Positions 42,165-46,467 of a stretch of DNA of 46,467 nt are shown piece by piece. Position numbers and translations under genes: made by a program. The notes beneath the pieces were generated by a model, which saw only the letters and a program-made list of their open reading frames with translations, was not told where the DNA came from and did not search any database. Origin of the DNA: Corallochytrium limacisporum Hawaii. Lineage: Eukaryota > Protista > Pluriformea. The stretch covers positions 3,419 to 49,885 of the forward strand of contig PDIP01000097.1 in the NCBI GenBank assembly GCA_002811645.1, given 5' to 3'. Position 1 is the stretch's first letter. Every line of letters begins with the position of its first letter.

Positions 42165-43944
42165 AGCCAACACATACCACGGAGGGTGGGTAGGTCAAAA
42201 TGGACAAAAACACGACCGGCAGAACCTAGCGGCAGCACTTCACCGGTCACGATCTCGTACATTTTCTATATGAAATATATTGTTACGGTGGTGTACACTT
42301 GGACAGCTGCCATTCATGCGTGGCAACAGAGAGCAGTCCTGTACGGCACTGACTTCCATACATTTAGTATAGTATGCCATGAACACCTGTAGAACAAAAA
42401 AGTCTGACAGCGCGCGGTGGAGAGAAAAAAATGATAGAACAAAGAAGAAATAAAGCGGAAGCCTGGTCCTTCACTCACCGGCCATGGGGACAGAGTTGAG
42501 TATGTGTTTTTTGTTGTGTTTCTTTTTCTTCTCCCGTCCTTACTCGTTCCAACTGTAGGGCGCATTCTTTATTGGTTTAATTTGCCTTCGGTGGTCTCAG
42601 CAAAAGACGCCGCTCTTTCTTCACGACTCACAGAGGAAAGGGAGTGAAGTCTCTGTGTGTGTGTGTGGCCATGTGCCTACTGGCGCATAGTGCTGACAGA
42701 GGCCCTGGTTCGGTGTCAAGGAAGAGAACGGATCTTTTTCTTTTCTTTGCCGGGGAAAAGGTTAAAGTTTATATATAAAAATATGGGGCTGTTCAAAGCC
42801 GGGTTGGAGTGGGCATTCGGGCAGGAGAGAGAAGGTGTATACTTCCTTCCTGAACAAATCTGACCCATACATGAGCTACCGACTCCTAGCCATCAGCCCC
42901 TACCCTCCCCCCCTTTCTCTCGGGGCAATTCATAGACTTCCGCAGTGAATGTACTGATGTCGTGACCGTGGCACCGGTGGAGGTGGGGGCAGAGGGGGCG
43001 AGCGGCGATGGGGCCAGCGATGGTTTCGGGGGCCCAAGGGAGCCGTGCCGCTGTTGGGCGCTGTGGTGACCCCTTTTGGGTGCAAAGAAAGCAGAGCAGA
43101 ATGGCTGCTGGTGACAAAAGTCCCGGGCGTCACCAGTCCCGAAGGATGCGAATACGGAACCGTGCAGCCGTGACACTCATCGTCCCAAAGGAAAATGACA
43201 AATTTACATGAACCCTGGGGGAGAAGGGAGGGGGGGCGGGAGGAGAATACCTCTTGCACGAAATCGCCTGCGCGGTGTCCCTTGCGGGGAGCTGGCTGGT
43301 ACCCTATCATAACCCAGTTTTTCTGTCGCCTCGTCCGCCTCCTTTCTTTGTCGGACCCCTATCCCCCTCCCGGCGGGGAAAAGCGGAAAAGAAAAGAAGG
43401 GGGGTGGGGAGGAGGAGGAAGAGAGAGAGAGGGGAGAGAGACAAGAAACAATAAAAGAAAAGAGGAGGAAACGATATCATCGTATGTGATTGGAAATCTA
43501 TAATACAATCAAAATATATTTGCATAGCACTGTAGGATGAGGAACTCACCAACATATTTCATTTTGATTGAACATTTATATATATTAGTTATATTGAATC
43601 ATAATGTGTACATTTAGAATATTTGTAAAATATTTTTTAAACAGTGGGTGCCGCTTTGGCGGCCAGTTCTGGCCGCACTTTCTTCCCCTCCATCTGGTGT
43701 GAGTGAGTTTCTTGGGCCCGTGGCAATCGTGCGTGGATACCGAACAAAAACCAATAGTGGGTGGGGGGAGACGGGTTTGCAAGTGGTCAGGAGGCGCGAA
43801 GAATGGGGCCGATGCGTCCCAAATGGTATGGACACTTTCAAGGTTATTTCAGTGTCATGAGCGCGGAAACCACCCAAATGGTCTGGGACGTGTCGAGCAA
43901 TCTAACGGCCATCGACGCTTATGCAGACCGGATTGTCGGGCAAC

Positions 43945-44349
43945 ATGGCAGGATCAGTAGCTGTCCTTTTCAGCGGCCTCTTCCCCATAGTGGCGGGAGT
44001 ACTCATCAAGTTCTACCCCCAGTTGGCTGTGCAGATCTTCGACGCAGGTAATAGCCCATTGGGCCTGGCGCCCATTGTCTTGCCAGAGGGACCGTATCGG
44101 CATATACTGGCCGTCCTGGCCTATCACATTGGCCAGTTTTATGTTCAGGACTTTCTGTTCTCCCGGGACTCGTTTGCTCTCCGAAGCGTCAGAGGACGTT
44201 GGATTCTAATCTCCATCTTCTTTCTCATGGTAGTAACTCGGGACATTTCTAGTGAACACATGGCCTTTGTTCTGCCCGACCTCCCACTTTCACTATGGAC
44301 TTTCTCAACTCTTTCCCCAAGGGAACGCCGCCGTGTACTTTTCCTGTGA
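43945..44349 (+). CDS. Small hypothetical multi-pass membrane protein (about 134 aa)
   Basis: 3-4 hydrophobic segments and an aacATGg context; ATG 43921 is an alternative. No family recognised. Confidence 0.55.
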   Translation: MAGSVAVLFSGLFPIVAGVLIKFYPQLAVQIFDAGNSPLGLAPIVLPEGPYRHILAVLAYHIGQFYVQDFLFSRDSFALRSVRGRWILISIFFLMVVTRDISSEHMAFVLPDLPLSLWTFSTLSPRERRRVLFL

Positions 44350-44623
44350 GCGTGGCGCTAGACCTGTAAAACGGGGAAACAGTTGGCCCACGAATGGTGA
44401 CGATAGACGAAAACATTTTACCCGAAAGCATAACAAAGAGGCATTGGAAATAGCATGTGACATGACATGACATTATTTTCTGACTATTTTGGTAGGGTGT
44501 GCTGATGGCTGTAAGTATGAGATTGACTGTGTGCCAATGCCTGGTGCAAAGGAGTCCTCATGTTTCAAGGGGTTTCGCATGGATTCCGCTGGCACTGCCA
44601 CAACGTGCCCGATTGTAAGCACT

Positions 44624-45394
44624 CTAAACCAGGCTCACATTGCCAGGTACGGGTGCCTTTCTTTGTCTTCCAATCTCACCCACGGATCTATAGCGAATAC
44701 AGGATGACTCGGTTTCCAGGCCCCTGACTCCGCAGTAGTGTGTGTCACTGCAGCATGCTGAATTCATGAAATAGCAGCCTGTTTTGTTATTCTCAATGCA
44801 CTCATCTTTGGGCACGCATGTTGCAGTATCATACTTACTATCTCCAGTGATCATGCAGATGAGTCCTTCCTGACACTGACCTACCCAGGATCGGGGAGGT
44901 ATTGTACACTCTCCTCCCTCTTCGATGTACTCATAGCATGTAGGGATCTGGGTCGATGGGGCCAGAGCGCAGTACTGGCTATCAGGGCAATAGTGATTTT
45001 GGTTCACATCGACCTGATTAGGTTCTGTGCGAGAATCCCGACCACAGTATATCTTGTTCGATGGGGTAACCTGGCAGGTAGCGTGCTTCCCATTTTTACT
45101 TGGAATGCACTGTGAGCCCTCCTCACAGACCCCCTGCTGATCCACGCCATTCTTGGAGCATTTCTTACCCACAGCAACGTACGGGATACATTTGGTGTGC
45201 GTGTCATTTGGATGGGCTAATCCGCAGTAGGTATTGTCTTGCCGGCAGCAGGTACTTTGGAGACATGTATCAATGCTGCACTTTTGCCCTATTGGAGTGC
45301 ACGTGTCGTCAGCGAACGGGTTCGTACTTCGTACGCCAGAAATGGCGAGAAGAAATACAGTGGCTAGAGCAGTAGTCATATAGTTTACCTTCAT
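44624..45394 (-). CDS. Secreted cysteine-rich repeat protein with a frameshifted C-terminus
   Basis: Signal peptide, then repeated YC-x8-9-C-x2-Y-x3-G-x2-C-x8-9-G-x-C-x2-G-x2-C modules. The third module continues in another frame to 44565. Confidence 0.8.
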   Translation of the reverse strand: MKVNYMTTALATVFLLAISGVRSTNPFADDTCTPIGQKCSIDTCLQSTCCRQDNTYCGLAHPNDTHTKCIPYVAVGKKCSKNGVDQQGVCEEGSQCIPSKNGKHATCQVTPSNKIYCGRDSRTEPNQVDVNQNHYCPDSQYCALAPSTQIPTCYEYIEEGGECTIPPRSWVGQCQEGLICMITGDSKYDTATCVPKDECIENNKTGCYFMNSACCSDTHYCGVRGLETESSCIRYRSVGEIGRQRKAPVPGNVSLV

Positions 45395-46467
45395 GTCTAG
45401 ATTGAAACGCTCTTGGAGACGATAATGAATCGCTTTGCAGTGGAGAACGTCGGATCAGAATCCCCTTAAGTACCCTTTGGCCCAATATTCCCAAGGTGGC
45501 ATGAATCCGCAAGTTTGTGTTTTCTTTGCGTCAGCATCAATGACACGTCATGACATCGACATCATTCCCACCAACGGAAAGACTACAAGGCTCCCCTGTT
45601 GTACTACGGACATGTGTGTCTATTGGAATCCTCCTTACGGATTCGCGTGCCGTGCCCATGGCTCTGAGCCTCCCCCACCCCCCTTCTTCACCGCGCGGGC
45701 CTGGGGGCGGGTGCCCCAGGGTCGTGTGTACCGGTAGTGCGCAGACTGAGCAAGAAAGCCAGGGATTACTATAGAATCAAAACCGTACATATATCCGAGC
45801 AAGCCTGGGTAATTTCCTCTGTGTCGCACACTCGCGACCGCTGCCCCCATTTTGTGGTGACCGATTGCGTTGTGTCCTTGGACCCCCCCGTCCTCCTGTC
45901 GTTCGCATACGCGCAGTTCCTGCTGTAGTTTTTGAAAAGCTTTGCAGATTTCTGACGTGTCGTTTGATATTGGGATGGTGGTATGGCTGCGGGATTTTCG
46001 AACCGCGATCCATCCTTTGTGAGAAGCAGAACACCACGCAGCGACGGATGCACACTTGGTAGTTTCAGGGAGAAGTCGATCGGTCCCTGACCGCCAAAAC
46101 CGAGCCTACCGTCAATTTCCTCTCCTTTCTTCCCTGTTAAGGACCCCGCGGGTCCCATTTTGGGCGACCAATCGACGAGCCGACTTTGTATTGCTCTGTA
46201 TAGTCGAGACTTGGAGGCGGCCCGGCGGAGGAAAGCAAAAATGTTATATTCCTTGTCCCTCAAGAGCGATGGAGCCCGGACGCTTATACCAGCCGCTCCC
46301 CGGATCGAACCGGCAGGCTACCTCATTAAGTAGTGAATGGCTCCAGTTGGCACTGTGGTCTTAGTATCTTTTCCCTGCCACCCCATCCACTCCCCGGCAG
46401 TGAATACCACACAAAAAACTGCCTTCCGTCACGGAGCGCCCGTGTCCATTACGAATATTACAGACCT

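Overview
Eukaryotic, gene-dense and almost intronless genomic DNA from what looks like a unicellular opisthokont. The evidence is WASP with a CRIB motif, focadhesin, CCDC77, B9D1, Borealin and a PRM10-like gene. The extreme intron poverty would fit a Corallochytrium-like holozoan, but this is an unverified guess. About 19 protein genes are present, in order: a 2xDysF membrane protein, CCDC77, NMNAT, ATP23, a GT8-like/GT64 fusion, Borealin, focadhesin, DUF2177, ThrE/PRM10, eIF3i, NMT, an Rv2258c-like methyltransferase, WASP, DUSP12/Yvh1, eIF4B, UBC4, a small membrane protein and a Cys-rich secreted protein, plus a damaged B9D1 (between CCDC77 and NMNAT). There is one assembly gap. Main points of interest: (1) the ciliary transition-zone gene B9D1 has an in-frame TAG and an apparent 5-aa deletion, and lies head-to-head with an intact centriolar CCDC77. 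(2) The only clear intron, in eIF3i, has a yeast-type TACTAAC and folds by hand into four nested long-range stems. Upstream of eIF3i is a hairpin-rich region carrying a 211-codon in-frame ORF separated from eIF3i by a single TGA. (3) Putative promoters share a poly(C)-then-poly(G) polarity switch. (4) There are further decay relics: a stop-riddled frame at 27.7-28.6 kb and a frameshifted Cys-rich gene. All family calls come from motif recognition from memory and all RNA structures from hand pairing; no searches were run.
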